The translations under genes were made by a program, and so were the position numbers. The notes below the pieces were generated by a model. It was given only the letters and a program-made list of their open reading frames with translations. It was not told the DNA's origin and searched no databases. DNA of 63,658 bases, filler included, from Octopus bimaculoides (lineage: Eukaryota): assembly GCF_001194135.2 (NCBI RefSeq). It is 8 parts of 8 records of this genome, joined end to end, with 100 filler letters (N's around TTAATTAATTAA, not from the genome) between each part and the next. Parts side by side here need not be neighbours in the genome. Positions count along the whole stretch, not along the records: positions 31,804 to 40,358 come from NC_068984.1; positions 40,459 to 52,302 come from NC_069005.1; 6 more parts are not named here. The stretch is one strand, 5' to 3'. This document shows positions 34,836 to 46,933 of this stretch, piece by piece. Position 1 is the first letter of the stretch. Each line of letters opens with the position of its first letter.

Positions 34836-35937
34836 TGTGCCCCTAGAGGAGCGAAAGCCAGACTGCGACTCAGACACCATATTTGGAACTACGAAGGTAT
34901 TTAAACGTTCTAACAGGATGCTAGAGCCTTTAAATACCTTTATGTTCCATATATATNNNNNNNNNNNNNNNNNNNNNNNNNNNNNNNNNNNNNNNNNNNN
35001 NNNNNNNNNNNNNNNNNNNNNNNNNNNNNNNNNNNNNNNNNNNNNNNNNNNNNNNNNNNNNNNNNNNNNNNNNNNNNNNNNNNNNNNNNNNNNNNNNNNN
35101 NNNNNNNNNNNNNNNNNNNNNNNNNNNNNNNNNNNNNNNNNNNNNNNNNNNNNNNNNNNNNNNNNNNNNNNNNNNNNNNNNNNNNNNNNNNNNNNNNNNN
35201 NNNNNNNNNNNNNNNNNNNNNNNNNNNNNNNNNNNNNNNNNNNNNNNNNNNNNNNNNNNNNNNNNNNNNNNNNNNNNNNNNNNNNNNNNNNNNNNNNNNN
35301 NNNNNNNNNNNNNNNNNNNNNNNNNNNNNNNNNNNNNNNNNNNNNNNNNNNNNNNNNNNNNNNNNNNNNNNNNNNNNNNNNNNNNNNNNNNNNNNNNNNN
35401 NNNNNNNNNNNNNNNNNNNNNNNNNNNNNNNNNNNNNNNNNNNNNNNNNNNNNNNNNNNNNNNNNNNNNNNNNNNNNNNNNNNNNNNNNNNNNNNNNNNN
35501 NNNNNNNNNNNNNNNNNNNNNNNNNNNNNNNNNNNNNNNNNNNNNNNNNATATATATATATATATATATATATACCGCTCTATTCACTTTTGTAAATATA
35601 GCACGTAAGATGATAACATTGTTTATAAGCTGGCATGTAATAAATGTATTGGCACAACAGTCACAAACATTACAAATAATATACACCAAACAAACATACA
35701 CACATAAACTATCAAGACAACAGTTGAGCTGAATTAAATTTCTTCATAAACAGAACCGTGAAAGAGGAAATTGGATTGAACATGATTCAATGCAGACAAC
35801 AAATACTGTATTTACTGGCAGTTTTAACATTGCGATGAATACATTACATTGGAAATGACATATTTAACCGCTCGTAGCTCTGGAGCTCTGGAGCTCTGGT
35901 AAAACGAGATTTTGAGGTGAGGCAGAAATATTTGTAT

Positions 35938-36440
35938 CTTTTTATCTTTTATTTGTTTCAGTCGTTTCACTACGGCCATGTTGGGGCCGTAGTGAAAAGA
36001 ATTTTTAAAGAATTTTTAATCGAATATATAGACCCCATCTCAGGGCTTTTTTTTTTGTTTTTGCTTTTGAAAACCGGTACTTATTCTATCGGTCTCTTTT
36101 ACCGAACCGATAGGTTACAGAGATGTAAACACCAACACCGAATGTCAAGCGCTTCTGGGGAACAAACACTGACACAAAAACACACACATAGATACACACG
36201 CGCACGCACGCACGCACACACGCACACACGCATACACACACACACACATATATATATATATACGACGGGCTTATGAAACGGGCTTCTTTCAGTTTCCGTC
36301 TTCCAAATCCACTCACAAGGCCTCGATTGAACCAAGGCTATAGCAGAAGTCACTTGTTCAAGGTGTCACGCAGTGAGTATGAATCCGAAACCATGTGATT
36401 GGGAAGCAAGCTTCTTACCACACAGTCACGTCTGTGCCTA
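35938..36440 (-). mobile_element. SINE family A, full length
   Basis: Tail, internal CA/TA microsatellite and tRNA-like head all present. Confidence 0.88.
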
Positions 36441-36747
36441 TAATAGCTTCATTTTATTTTATTTATCATTTAAATATCAAGAGGTTTTTATTAACATATG
36501 TATAACAACAAGCTATTCAATCCTTCCTCACCAGTCTGATTGATATCCTTTCTGCTCTCATAGTGGAGGACAGCTTTGGAAAAGCGTTGTGGTTTTCGGG
36601 ACTCGTCAGGCCCTCACCTGTCTTCGTCATCCCGTATACCTCCTCTGCACTCATCTCAGCATTCATCAAGTGTCAAAAAGGCAATGATGATCTAAGGAGT
36701 ATTGGTTACTTCTTGTGTTTCTTGCCGTGGTTATTGTATTACATTAA

Positions 36748-37170
36748 TGAGGGCGCGTGACCTAGCGGTTGGGGTGCTACACTCACGATTGCAAGATCGT
36801 AGTTTCAATTCCTAGACCCGATGTTGCGCTATGCAAAACACCTCATCTCACGTTGCTCTGCGATCACTTTGACACCTGGCGTGTGGTACACTGCGCAACT
36901 GTTCAGGCAACTTCGATTTAATGTAGGAAATTTCATGGAGCCAATGTTTAGGGCAAACATTTGATCACTGTATACAAAACATTTGTGCAGTATGTTCATA
37001 AAAGAATTGCAGAATCCCCTTTCTTGGTGCTTGTCGCATTGTGGTACAAACCTGTTCGTAAGCGTGTGATGCCATAATTCTATCGCCTTGCCACTTCTTT
37101 GATCTTAAACACAAAGTACCCACTTCCATTTGCACCAGTCCGTCGATGGAGTACACGTTGTGCCACCAAA
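36748..37170 (+). mobile_element. tRNA-head SINE (family E), decayed
   Basis: GAGGGCGCGTGACCTAGCGGTTGGGGTG...GTAGTTTCAATTCC head; body shared with 16625-16830. Confidence 0.55.
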
Positions 37171-37277
37171 ATTTGGATTTCTTTCAGCTGCCCTTTTCTG
37201 AGCATATGAACTCCACATTTGTTTTAATGTTTTTGGCAAGACAGTGGTCTGTTACTTCCCCTATAACTGTTCCCGTG

Positions 37278-37492
37278 TAAGGCGACGAGCTGGCAGAATT
37301 GTTAGCACGCCGGGCAAAATGCTTAGCGGCATTTCGTCCGTCTTTACGTTCAGAGTTCAAATTCCACCGAAATTGACTTTGCTTTCATTCTTTCGAGGTC
37401 GATAAAATAAATACCAACTGAGCACTGCGGTTGATGTAATCGACTTATCCCGTCCCCGAAATTACTGGTCTTGTGCCAGAATTTGAAACCAG
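37278..37492 (+). mobile_element. SINE family B
   Basis: AAGGCGACGAGCTGGCAGAATTGTTAGCACGCCGGGCAAAATGCTTAGCGG...GAGTTCAAATTCC. Confidence 0.9.
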
Positions 37493-37661
37493 TCTATGTT
37501 CCTGGGTGTTTACCCGAGTAACTTCGTAACATATCTCTCTTATGAGTGTGTGAGTGTGTGTATGTGTGTGTGTACGCGCGCGCGCGCGTGTATGTGTGTG
37601 TGTGTGTGTGCGTGTGTATTCTTTCTGAGAACTGACCTTTGTCGAGAATTTCTCTGTGGCT

Positions 37662-37870
37662 CTTAATATTAATTTCAAATTTTGGCACAAGGCCAGTAAT
37701 TCAAGATGAGGGAGCTAAGAAGGTTACATCAACTGGTACTTATTTTATCAACCCTCAAAAGGATGAATGTCGACCTCGACGGAATTTGAACTCTAAACGT
37801 GCAGACAGACGAAATGTCGCTTCGCATTTTGTCCGGCGTGCTAACGATTCTGCCAGATCACCGCCTTTGT
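37662..37870 (-). mobile_element. SINE family B, inverted relative to 37278-37492
   Basis: Reverse complement of the same consensus, including the TTTCAAATTTTGGCACAAGGCCAGTAATT tail variant. Confidence 0.85.
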
Positions 37871-38347
37871 GACTCGTAATATTAACCAAACTGTTGTTTT
37901 TGTCTTCGAAAACTATATTTTTCACTACATTTGAGAGGCTTTGATTACATATACATCCGTTTGTGGAAAGTTTTTGTGAATTTTTATGTTTTAATTATGT
38001 CTGCGTTCGTTACTTTTTTTAATTATTTTTGCCTTCATGTAGAGTAACACAACATGTCCACTGAATGGCCACTGTAATACAGAGACCATCGTATACGAGG
38101 CAGAGGTAATTGCAATATGACCAAATGGGCAACCAAATGTGCGAAAGTAAGTGAGAGCAACTGAAGGCCCCTTTAAAACGTGATGTAATAACCATAAGTC
38201 CCCCTTCAACGTCCCGGAGTGAAGTATGGTCGGTGAAAGAAAGCGCCACCGAATACAGCAAAAAGTACAGCATAAGGTGGCGATAAAAATTATTTCTAAA
38301 AATTATTAACTAGCTAATTTGTTTGAAACTATTTTAACTCATCAGTA

Positions 38348-38423
<76 letters not shown>

Positions 38424-39528
38424 CGCGCGTTCAGTTGACATTTGTTGTTTCTTCTTGTTTCTATTTCTTCATGGGGTTATCTATATATAATTATTGATAT
38501 GCATATATATGGCTGTTCCTGGGAACTGACGTTACTGGTATTCTTAACCCCAGGAGAAAGCCTCCTCCAGCTGGATATTCGATGCAATCTGCACTCGATC
38601 TATATTGCAAGCAGGGGAGAGAAACCCTACCATCTTCTAACCATGGGATCACCAGACCGTACGATTTCGACCGCTTTATGGTCATCCTCGGTAGTGGATA
38701 CTCGTTCGCTAGAGATAACAGTAGTTCACTCGAGCTCGAGATATGTAGAGATCAAGTGATACACAATGACTGATCTTGGAACGAACAAATTAGCTGGTTA
38801 GAAAATCTCTATAAAGGATGAGAGCAGGCCCTAAGCACTTAAAACATTTTGATGCCCCCATAAAAGATTATGTAATTCAAAATATAAGCAATGACAAATC
38901 ATAAAATAATTTTTTTATTTTTCAAAACGAAACAAAACAGTAAAAGGAAAAATAATGTTTATTTTTGTATCCTTCCCCTATTCATATTTGCAAAGTTTCC
39001 TTCTACTTTTTTTAATTGCAAAGTCTTTGATCAGATACTCAAAATTAATCGTAGGCAACACGCCTCCATCTATACCTAATAGAGATAAAGACATCCCGAA
39101 TATTATTTTAACAAGTTTAAAGTGATTTTTTTCTTTTGTGCCGTAAACCATTTACTATTTCTGTGGTGCCCCGTCCTTCCTTTAATGCCCTAAGCTCGTG
39201 CTTATTTTGCTTAATGGTTAATCCAGCGCCGGATGAGAGCAGTAACTAAGTATAGTTACTTCTCAGTTTCGTTTTGTTTTTCTGCTATGATGTACCATGG
39301 AACATGAATATATACATTACAATAGTAAAATGCGCGCATGCGCTCACAAATGTGTGAGAGCAAAAAGAAAGATACTTTCCTTTCATGAAACAAATCGTTT
39401 TAAAACCTAACTTCCGCAGAACAATTTGGAAGACGTCCATACATTTTAACACACACACACACACACACGCGCNNNNNNNNNNNNNNNNNNNNNNNNNNNN
39501 NNNNNNNNNNNNNNNNNNNNNNNNNNNN

Positions 39529-39581
<53 letters not shown>

Positions 39582-40322
39582 AATAATAATCGTTATTCTA
39601 TTTGTCACAAAGACGATAGATGCAAGGTCAACACAAGGACAAATAGCAAAACCCTCCAGGGGGTTATATAAAATACTGAACGAGAAAAAAGAAAGCACGA
39701 AAAAGAACATTATAAAAGTAAATAAAATGAAAACACAAATACGGGCCATGTCGCCTGGGGCTAATAAGGGTCACATCCGCTCCATTATCACCCCTTATGG
39801 ATCATGGATTCCCCTTAATGCCATGGGGTATGCTGCCTCTCCTAAGCGTCGTGTTTCTCCAAGCCAACAGACGCATGCTCAAAATAATATAGTTTACTCG
39901 GCCTTTACTCGTTACGTTCATCCACATTTCAGCAAATAAAATGGAGGGCAGACCCACCCTCTCCATCCTCAATAGGAATATTGAATGATAGCTGTTTTTC
40001 AGATATCATGTGTAAAAATGTATGTTTTGGTATGTGAATTTTTACTGCTAAGGTTTGCAGCTTTTCAGAAGCATATATGTAGGTGGTGGTGAACTAATTT
40101 TGCTACACATACCAGTACACAATCATATGCACAATCACACACATGCCACACATAAGCACGTAAGTACATGCATGTATAAATGCACACATATGGATATAAA
40201 TATCTACCCACACACACACATACAAATGCTCACATACAGATATCTTTATTTATAGACATAAGTTTGTGTATACCCATACAAAGTGTATGCGTTTGCATGC
40301 ATGTATATAGACAAGCTTACAA

Positions 40323-40355
<33 letters not shown>

Positions 40356-40532
40356 TATNNNNNNNNNNNNNNNNNNNNNNNNNNNNNNNNNNNNNNNNNN
40401 NNTTAATTAATTAANNNNNNNNNNNNNNNNNNNNNNNNNNNNNNNNNNNNNNNNNNNNATATATATACATTAGCGAATCACTAAATCATCCAATAATTTG
40501 GATGACGGAAACATAAATACTAATGGCGAACA

Positions 40533-40601
40533 ATCGAGCGGTATTAACTGATGAGGCAACGTAAATGACCGAAGCTGACGTCAGTATTAAGAATTCTCGA
40601 T
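40533..40601 (+). ncRNA. Type I hammerhead ribozyme, palindromic stem III, one core substitution (GAAG)
   Basis: Stem I TTAA/TTAA plus ATCGAG/CTCGAT. CTGATGA at 40548-40554. Stem II GG-CA...TG-(A)-CC. GAAG at 40571-40574. Palindrome CTGACGTCAG, then TA. Confidence 0.72.
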
Positions 40602-40802
40602 CGGCACTTTTCGGACGATTATGGTTCGTTAGTGTATATGCTTTCATTCATGTGCATTAACTATAACATTAGAGCGGTTTAGCTCTTATTTCTAGCAATG
40701 TAGGTGTTTCCTAACACCCTAGTCTGATTTAGTGACAATTATATATATATATATGGTAATTATTTACCCATCGCGCCCTATATAAATATATGTATGTATG
40801 TA

Positions 40803-41383
40803 TGGGGTGCGATGAATAAATTGTTGCCATTTCATATTTTTAATTTCGCGCGTGCTCATTGTTTGATTTTGATTTTGTCAACTATACAGTATGGCAGGGT
40901 CAGTCGGGCACCATCAGTGAGAAAAACAGCACCATGACACAATTCACTCTACCAGAAATTTGGAAACGACATGCTGTACTGCATGGCATTCGTGCCGGAA
41001 GCTCGAATACGAATATTTCAGAGTGTTTGAGTGTCAATCTGAGGACAGTGCAATCTCAGGACATGTACCGAGAGTGATAAAAATCAAACCTCCAGTCAAC
41101 AGCATGATGTTTATAGTGATCACTAGTAATGGCGACGTTATGACTCCACTCATCTTCCCACACGGCCTCAAGCTCAACACGGAGGCCTACATCAGGTGCC
41201 TGGAGGAGGCAATGCTGTCCTGGGTCAAGAGGGTGGCTGCTGGAAGACCCTATGTCTGTCTGGCAACAGAACTCTTCACCATGCCACACAAGCAGGAGAA
41301 CCCAGTCATGGCTGTCAGACAATTTCTGCGACCACATCACCCCTAACATCTGGCCCCCTAACTCCCCAGATTGTAACCCCCTT
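40803..41383 (+). mobile_element. maT-type (DD37D) deletion derivative, second copy
   Basis: Colinear with 17483-18185: WKRHAVLHGIRAGSSNTNISECL...ITSNGDVMTPLIFPHGLKLNTEAYIRCLEE...WPPNSPDCNP. Confidence 0.82.
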
Positions 41384-42874
41384 TATTTCCGTTCACTTCG
41401 GGACAGTCTAGTCATTTCTGTACTACTCTGACCATATACACACATGCTGAGGTCAACTACGAAATTCGTGGCGGATGTATTTGTGGTATGTGTATGTAAC
41501 CATAGCTTTGCGTTTGCTTTCCTGTGGGTATGTATAAATATCTCATTTATTTCCCTAAGTATGTCTTGCTGATGAGGAAAAGTTATTGAACTAATTCAGA
41601 TATTGATAAATTCAAGGCCAACTAATTTATGAATTTCTGCGAGCCTGCTCCTTGGATTTCAATACGTTGTGTGCTATTAAAGTGATAATCTTTAAGTGGT
41701 TTGACGATTTGGCGTCTATTTTCAGCATAGACATAGTCTCTTCTATGCCCTTAATTATAATTGTATTTTATACTGTTATAAATCTCTATATATGAATTCG
41801 CCTTAATAGTTTTATATTATACGCTGGCCACTGATAAAATCTTTAACGGTTTTATCCTTTATTATTATTATTATCATTATTATTATTATTATCATCATCA
41901 TCATCATTGTTATTATTATTATTATCGTTATTATCATATATAGCTGTCTAAGAATCCTTAAGTCAGAACAAAATGTGCACTCGTGTATTTGACTGAGTAT
42001 ATTAATCAAAAGGGGTACGGAACCAGCATGATGCGGTGGGGGTAAACCAGCATACGGTATTGGAACCCGCTACTGATATTGGGGGCTGCGTTCTATGCCT
42101 TGACCCGAGCATAGAACGGGGCTCACCCCTTTAAGCTGGGAAATGAACGGAATGCCTGATGTGTTGTGTTGTGGCTACCCCCTCCTAAAAAAAAAATGGG
42201 GAATAGGCCTGGGTATTTATATCCATTACGGCCGATCTTACCAATCGGTTTCGCGCTGGGGTTTCAACGGAATGTTAAGTAACAGACTGGTTATGTAAGC
42301 CTGCGCTCTTCAGAGATAGCAATAACTGTTCATTTGACAAAAAAAATTCTTCATTCTTCGAGGCGGTACTCCAGGATGGGCGCAGTCTAATGACCGAAAC
42401 AAGTAAAAGAAAGGTAAAAGATAAAGGAAAGGTAACAAAGAACTGAAAGTTTTCAAAATTTTATTTAATTTTTCCACGTGTCGTGCCCTGGTGGTCAGCT
42501 GTCGTAGGGAATAGACAATCCTTTCTAAATCACGTAAGGCAAGATTGGAAGTTTTAATTTTATATCAGAGAGTAAAGAGGATTCTTTATTCTTTTATTTT
42601 TCTAAAGGTTTCAGTCGTAAGACTACGACAATGCTGGAGCACCGCCTTAACTTATTTTCTATTGGTTTTGTTGTCGCTTTACGGCAAGAATTTAGTCTGT
42701 GGCTGAATTTGTTGCAGCTGATCTTCTCCGAATCTGCTATGTCCGTCGCCAGACTTTGGTGCGTGGGGGTGTTTCAGAAGATTCTGAGTGGATCCTAATT
42801 TATAACGATGCTAAAATGGAGTTTCGAAATAAGTGTATTACTGTAAATCTGAGGGTGCACCATTGAGTAGTGAG

Positions 42875-43085
42875 GGAGCAGTGCCGTTCATGGCACCCAC
42901 TTTGTGACAGACATGGAGTGTACTCTTGGATGCTTGGCTGGTCTGATATCATCGTTAGGAGTTTCTCCAATGTTCTTCTTTTTTTTTTTTAATGTTTCAG
43001 TAGAGGTTCCTTTTATGCTTCTTATTTCTTTAGGTAAGCAGTTGAATAGCTGAGGACCTCTAAACATCAGACTCATACAATAGAA
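42875..43085 (-). mobile_element. CR1-clade LINE ORF2 C-terminal remnant
   Basis: YCMSLMFRGPQLFNCLPKEIRSIKGTSTETLKKK fits the CR1 terminal consensus (FRGP.LFN.LP..LR). Confidence 0.65.
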
Positions 43086-43289
43086 TATTGTACAAAATAT
43101 ACACATTTAATATTTGTTTGTTGTTGTTTTCTTAGACATAAAGATCTTAAAAATTTCCAGTCGTTTTCCTTCGACGTTTCACTTCGTGTGTGTGGGAGGG
43201 GGTAGAGTGGTTAGGGCTGTGATGATGCTTAAATTTTTTTTTTCTAATCACAAATAAAACTTTAATGTTCTACTGACTGAGCTGTAACC

Positions 43290-43930
43290 TACGTTGCTAC
43301 TACCATCAACGCCACTTTCGCGACTGGTACCGCTGCAGTTACTGCTGCTGCTAACTACTACTACTACTACTACTACTACTNNNNNNNNNNCTACTACTAC
43401 TACTACTACTACTACTATTGCTGCTGCTTTTCTGTTATAATTATCATCATCATTACCACCAGCACTATTGCCGCTTCTGCAACTACTATTATTACTACTG
43501 CTACTACCTCCACTACAGCTATTTTTCTATTACAACAACCATCACCATCACCAACACCATTACTACTACTGCTACTACTATTACTTTCTTACGATTGCCA
43601 GCATTGATACTACTGTTAATACAGACATCGCTACTACTACCGCTACAACTATTCGTACTACATATTACCACCACGATAAATGCTTTCATTAACACGAACA
43701 CCACCACTACCACCTTCACCTATCGTCACCACTGCTACTACTATCACTGCTTTTTTTCTACCACCACGACTACTATTAATTTTCTATTACAACTACCAAC
43801 ATCAACACCACCCATCCACCCCCTGCAGTACCCACCCCAACGCCCAGCCCCTCCCCGCCCCCACCGTCTACTACTACTACTACTACTACTACTAATGTCA
43901 TGTTTTTGCTGTTGCAGCTGTTATAGCTAG
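43290..43930. repeat. (CTA)n/(ACC)n-derived low-complexity tract
   Basis: Perfect CTA runs at ~43356-43417 and 43868-43893, with decayed triplets between. Confidence 0.85.
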
Positions 43931-44320
43931 TCATTCATCTTGTTAACTATTTCTTTTTCGTTTTTTTTTGTTTTTTTTTTGTTCACACATCTTCTGAAGT
44001 CATGTTTTACAAAGTCGTCTTCGGTTTTTTTTATCCTCATTTTATTTTTTATTTTCATTTTTGGATTTTATTATCATTTATTTTTTTCCTTTTTGTATTT
44101 TTTTTACCTTAACCTGTATTCATTTTCCAATTCAGTTATTTTAAGCTCTTTCTCCTCTCCAAATCTGTGCTACTACACTTAATATGATTGAAATACTGGG
44201 AAAGTGATAGATAGATAGATAGATAGAACCATTTAACTAATACAATCTGGTACATGGTCGGGTGGTCTGGTCGAGGACTGTGGAATAAACTACCTCCCAC
44301 TGTCCGACACCCATTTAACT

Positions 44321-44612
44321 CGGTGGTTCTCAACTATAAGATTGGGGTGGGAGTCCACGCAACAAAATAGTAAACTGAGGATTCACAATAGTATTTTAGG
44401 GGCCTCTGAAAATAGTTTTGCTTTAGATATATGTATTGGTATGTATTGCAAGAAACACTTAGGTCTCTTTAATGTGTGTAAAACAAAATGGGAATTTTGA
44501 AAGAAGTTTCTATAAAACTAGTTTTTAAGCATTGAATAGCTATGGGGTCCACCGGAATAAAATAGTAATCAAAGGGGTCCATAAATAAATTTAAAAAATG
44601 GTTGAACCCCTG
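44321..44612 (+). mobile_element. hAT (Charlie-like) MITE
   Basis: CGGTGGTTCTCAAC...GGTTGAACCCCTG. Flanks ATTTAACT/ACTTAATT match 6/8. Body is homologous to 46034-46271. Confidence 0.75.
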
Positions 44613-44764
44613 ACTTAATTGAATGGCTTGTCATAGGGTGGTGGAAGAGTGCTCTCACAAAGAAGCTAATGGACATACTGTGCTAGATGGGACAAGAACC
44701 ACCAGGTTATCTCCCCATTGAAACATGCCGTGGTTGGTATCAATAACATCCTAAACCCTTTTGT

Positions 44765-44997
44765 TACTGTATTTCTTATTTCTTTATTGCCCACAAGGGG
44801 ATAAACATAGAGGGGACAAATAGGGACAGACAAAGGGATTAAGTCGATTACATCAACCCCAGTGCATAACTGGTACTTAATTTATCAACCCCAAAAGGAT
44901 GAAAGGCAAAGTCGACCTCAGCAGAATTTGAACTCTGAATGTAACGGCAGACGAAATACCGCTAAGCATTTTGCCCGGCTCACTAACGTTTCTGCCT
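44765..44997 (-). mobile_element. SINE family B, full length
   Basis: TATTTCTTTATTGCCCACAAGGGG...AAAGTCGACCTCAGCAGAATTTGAACTC...TAACGTTTCTGCC. Confidence 0.9.
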
Positions 44998-45169
44998 TGT
45001 TACCACCTTGTTTCTGTATTTCTGTTGGAATGCACTAAAGAAGTGCCGCTCACTTAAAGTGGAAGGAAGTTGTGGAAAAGAGAGACCCAGGAAGACATGG
45101 GATGAAATATTGATGGCCGATCTCAAAATGCTGAACCTTCCGAAGGAGTTGACAGAGAACCAAGATATG

Positions 45170-45534
45170 TAGTGCATTATTGTAGTTGAGAAGGCCCACC
45201 ACGACAGAATTGCGATTTTAAAACCAAGGTGCCATGTAAAAAGTATTGGTGTGGGAGCTGGTGTCACATAAAAAGCATTGTTGTGGGTGCTGGTGCCATG
45301 TAAAAAGCATTGGTGTGGATGCTGGTGCCACTTCAAAAGTACTGGTGATGGTGCCACATAAAAAGCACCCAGTACACTCTGCAGTGTGGTTCGTGTTAGG
45401 AAGGGCATCCAGCCATAGAAACCAAGCCAAAACAGACTATGGAACCTGGCACAGCCCCTAACCATACCAGTTCCTGTCAAGTTGTCCAACCAATGCCAGC
45501 ATGGAAAACAGACGTTAAATGATGACAACGACGA

Positions 45535-45570
<36 letters not shown>

Positions 45571-45600
45571 TGATGATGATGATGATGATGATGATGAAGA
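45170..45600 (+). mobile_element. SINE family C: internal ~32-nt tandem repeats, tail ending GTTAAATGATGA/(GAC)n(GAT)n
   Basis: Tandem CATGTAAAAAGCATTGGTGTGGATGCTGGTGC units, then GTTAGGAAGGGCATCCAGCC...CCAATGCCAGCATGGAAAACAGACGTTAAATGAT. Confidence 0.8.
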
Positions 45601-46033
45601 AATCCTATAGGGAATAAATTTCCATTTGATTCCTCTAGGGTCAAACAAATAGGTAACAATGTAGGCAATTGGATTGACTATATTCTTTTAGAAATGTGCT
45701 GCTATCTTGTGGCAAAGTAGGTAGCCATCATCATCATCATCATCATTGTTACCACTCAGCTGGGAATGGGAAGGTAAGTTGACTGCATAGTAAAATGCAT
45801 TGCCAAATTTACTTTTGTTCCTTTACGTTGTGTGTTCAAATCGTACCAAGGTACACCTTGCCTTTCCTCCTTGCAGAGTGGACAAAATAAAGATTCAGCA
45901 AAGCCTTTGCCTGTCCCAAAGCAACTTCATAAGTTTGTCCATGCTTGTTTTCAGACTTTTAGTTTAGCCCCTTGTTTCATACGTTCCGAGTAATGTAAAG
46001 CTCTCCTTTTATAAGTCCCAAGTTACTCTAGTG

Positions 46034-46271
46034 CAGTGGTTCTTAACCAGGGTCCGTATAACCCTTGGGTGTCCACATAAGCAAAATAGTAGAATTGTGT
46101 CCGCAATATTGTTTTAGAGGTCCGTGAAAAAAATGTTGTTCTAGATGTATTTATTTCCAAGAAGCATCTATAAAATTAGTTTTTAAACATTAAATGTTAT
46201 GGGGGTTCACCAGAATAAAATAGTATTTCAAAGAGGTTCATAGATAGGAAAAAAATGGTTGAGAATCACTG
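46034..46271 (+). mobile_element. hAT (Charlie-like) MITE with perfect 8-bp TSD
   Basis: TIR CAGTGGTTCTTAACC / GGTTGAGAATCACTG. TSD CTCTAGTG at 46026-46033 and 46272-46279. Confidence 0.92.
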
Positions 46272-46434
46272 CTCTAGTGGTTGAAAAACATATCCATGGA
46301 TAATGCATGGGCACCATGGAACTATGTCAAATGGTTAATTAATTACAGCAGGTTCCAATTCAATCACTACACACAGTCCCTATTTATCCTTTTACTCAGC
46401 AATTGGACTCGTACCTAATTAAAAATAAATAATA

Positions 46435-46933
46435 TTAATCCATTAGCTTTAAACCAGCCATATCTGGCCCAAATATTCTACCTGTTTTATGTTCAACAGC
46501 ACAGGTGTGGCTGTAAGCGAAGAAGCTTGCTTCCCAACCACATAGTTCCAGGTTCAGTCCCACCACATGTGTGTGTGTTTGGTCACCGCTTGACAACCAG
46601 TCTTGGTGTGTTTACGTCCCTGTAGCTTAGCAGTTGGCAAATGAGACCGATAGATTAAGCACCAGGCTTTAAAAAAGTCCTGGGGTTGATTTGTTTCACT
46701 AAAACCCTTCAAAGTGGTGCTCAAGCTTGGCCACAGTCAAATAACTGAAACAAGTAGAATATAAAAGCTAAAAGATAAATCAGTCAAATCCAGCCTCTCA
46801 CACCTCCCCTACAATGTCATTTAAAAAATAATCATATCATCGAAATCTAAAAGCTTAATGCAGGATTAATTCAAAACAATGTGAATAAATAAGCATTAAA
46901 TTTAAAAGAGTAATCTGAATGCTAAAGGATTAA
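46435..46933 (+). mobile_element. piggyBac-like MITE (TTAA TSD) with a SINE A nested at ~46500-46770
   Basis: TTAA|TCCATTAGC...GCTAAAGGA|TTAA. The interior is interrupted by a SINE A head and tail. Confidence 0.7.

Noticed and set aside
45235-45370. CRISPR-like regularly spaced repeats
   Set aside because: The units are directly tandem with no unique spacers, lie inside a SINE, and no cas genes are present in this eukaryotic DNA.
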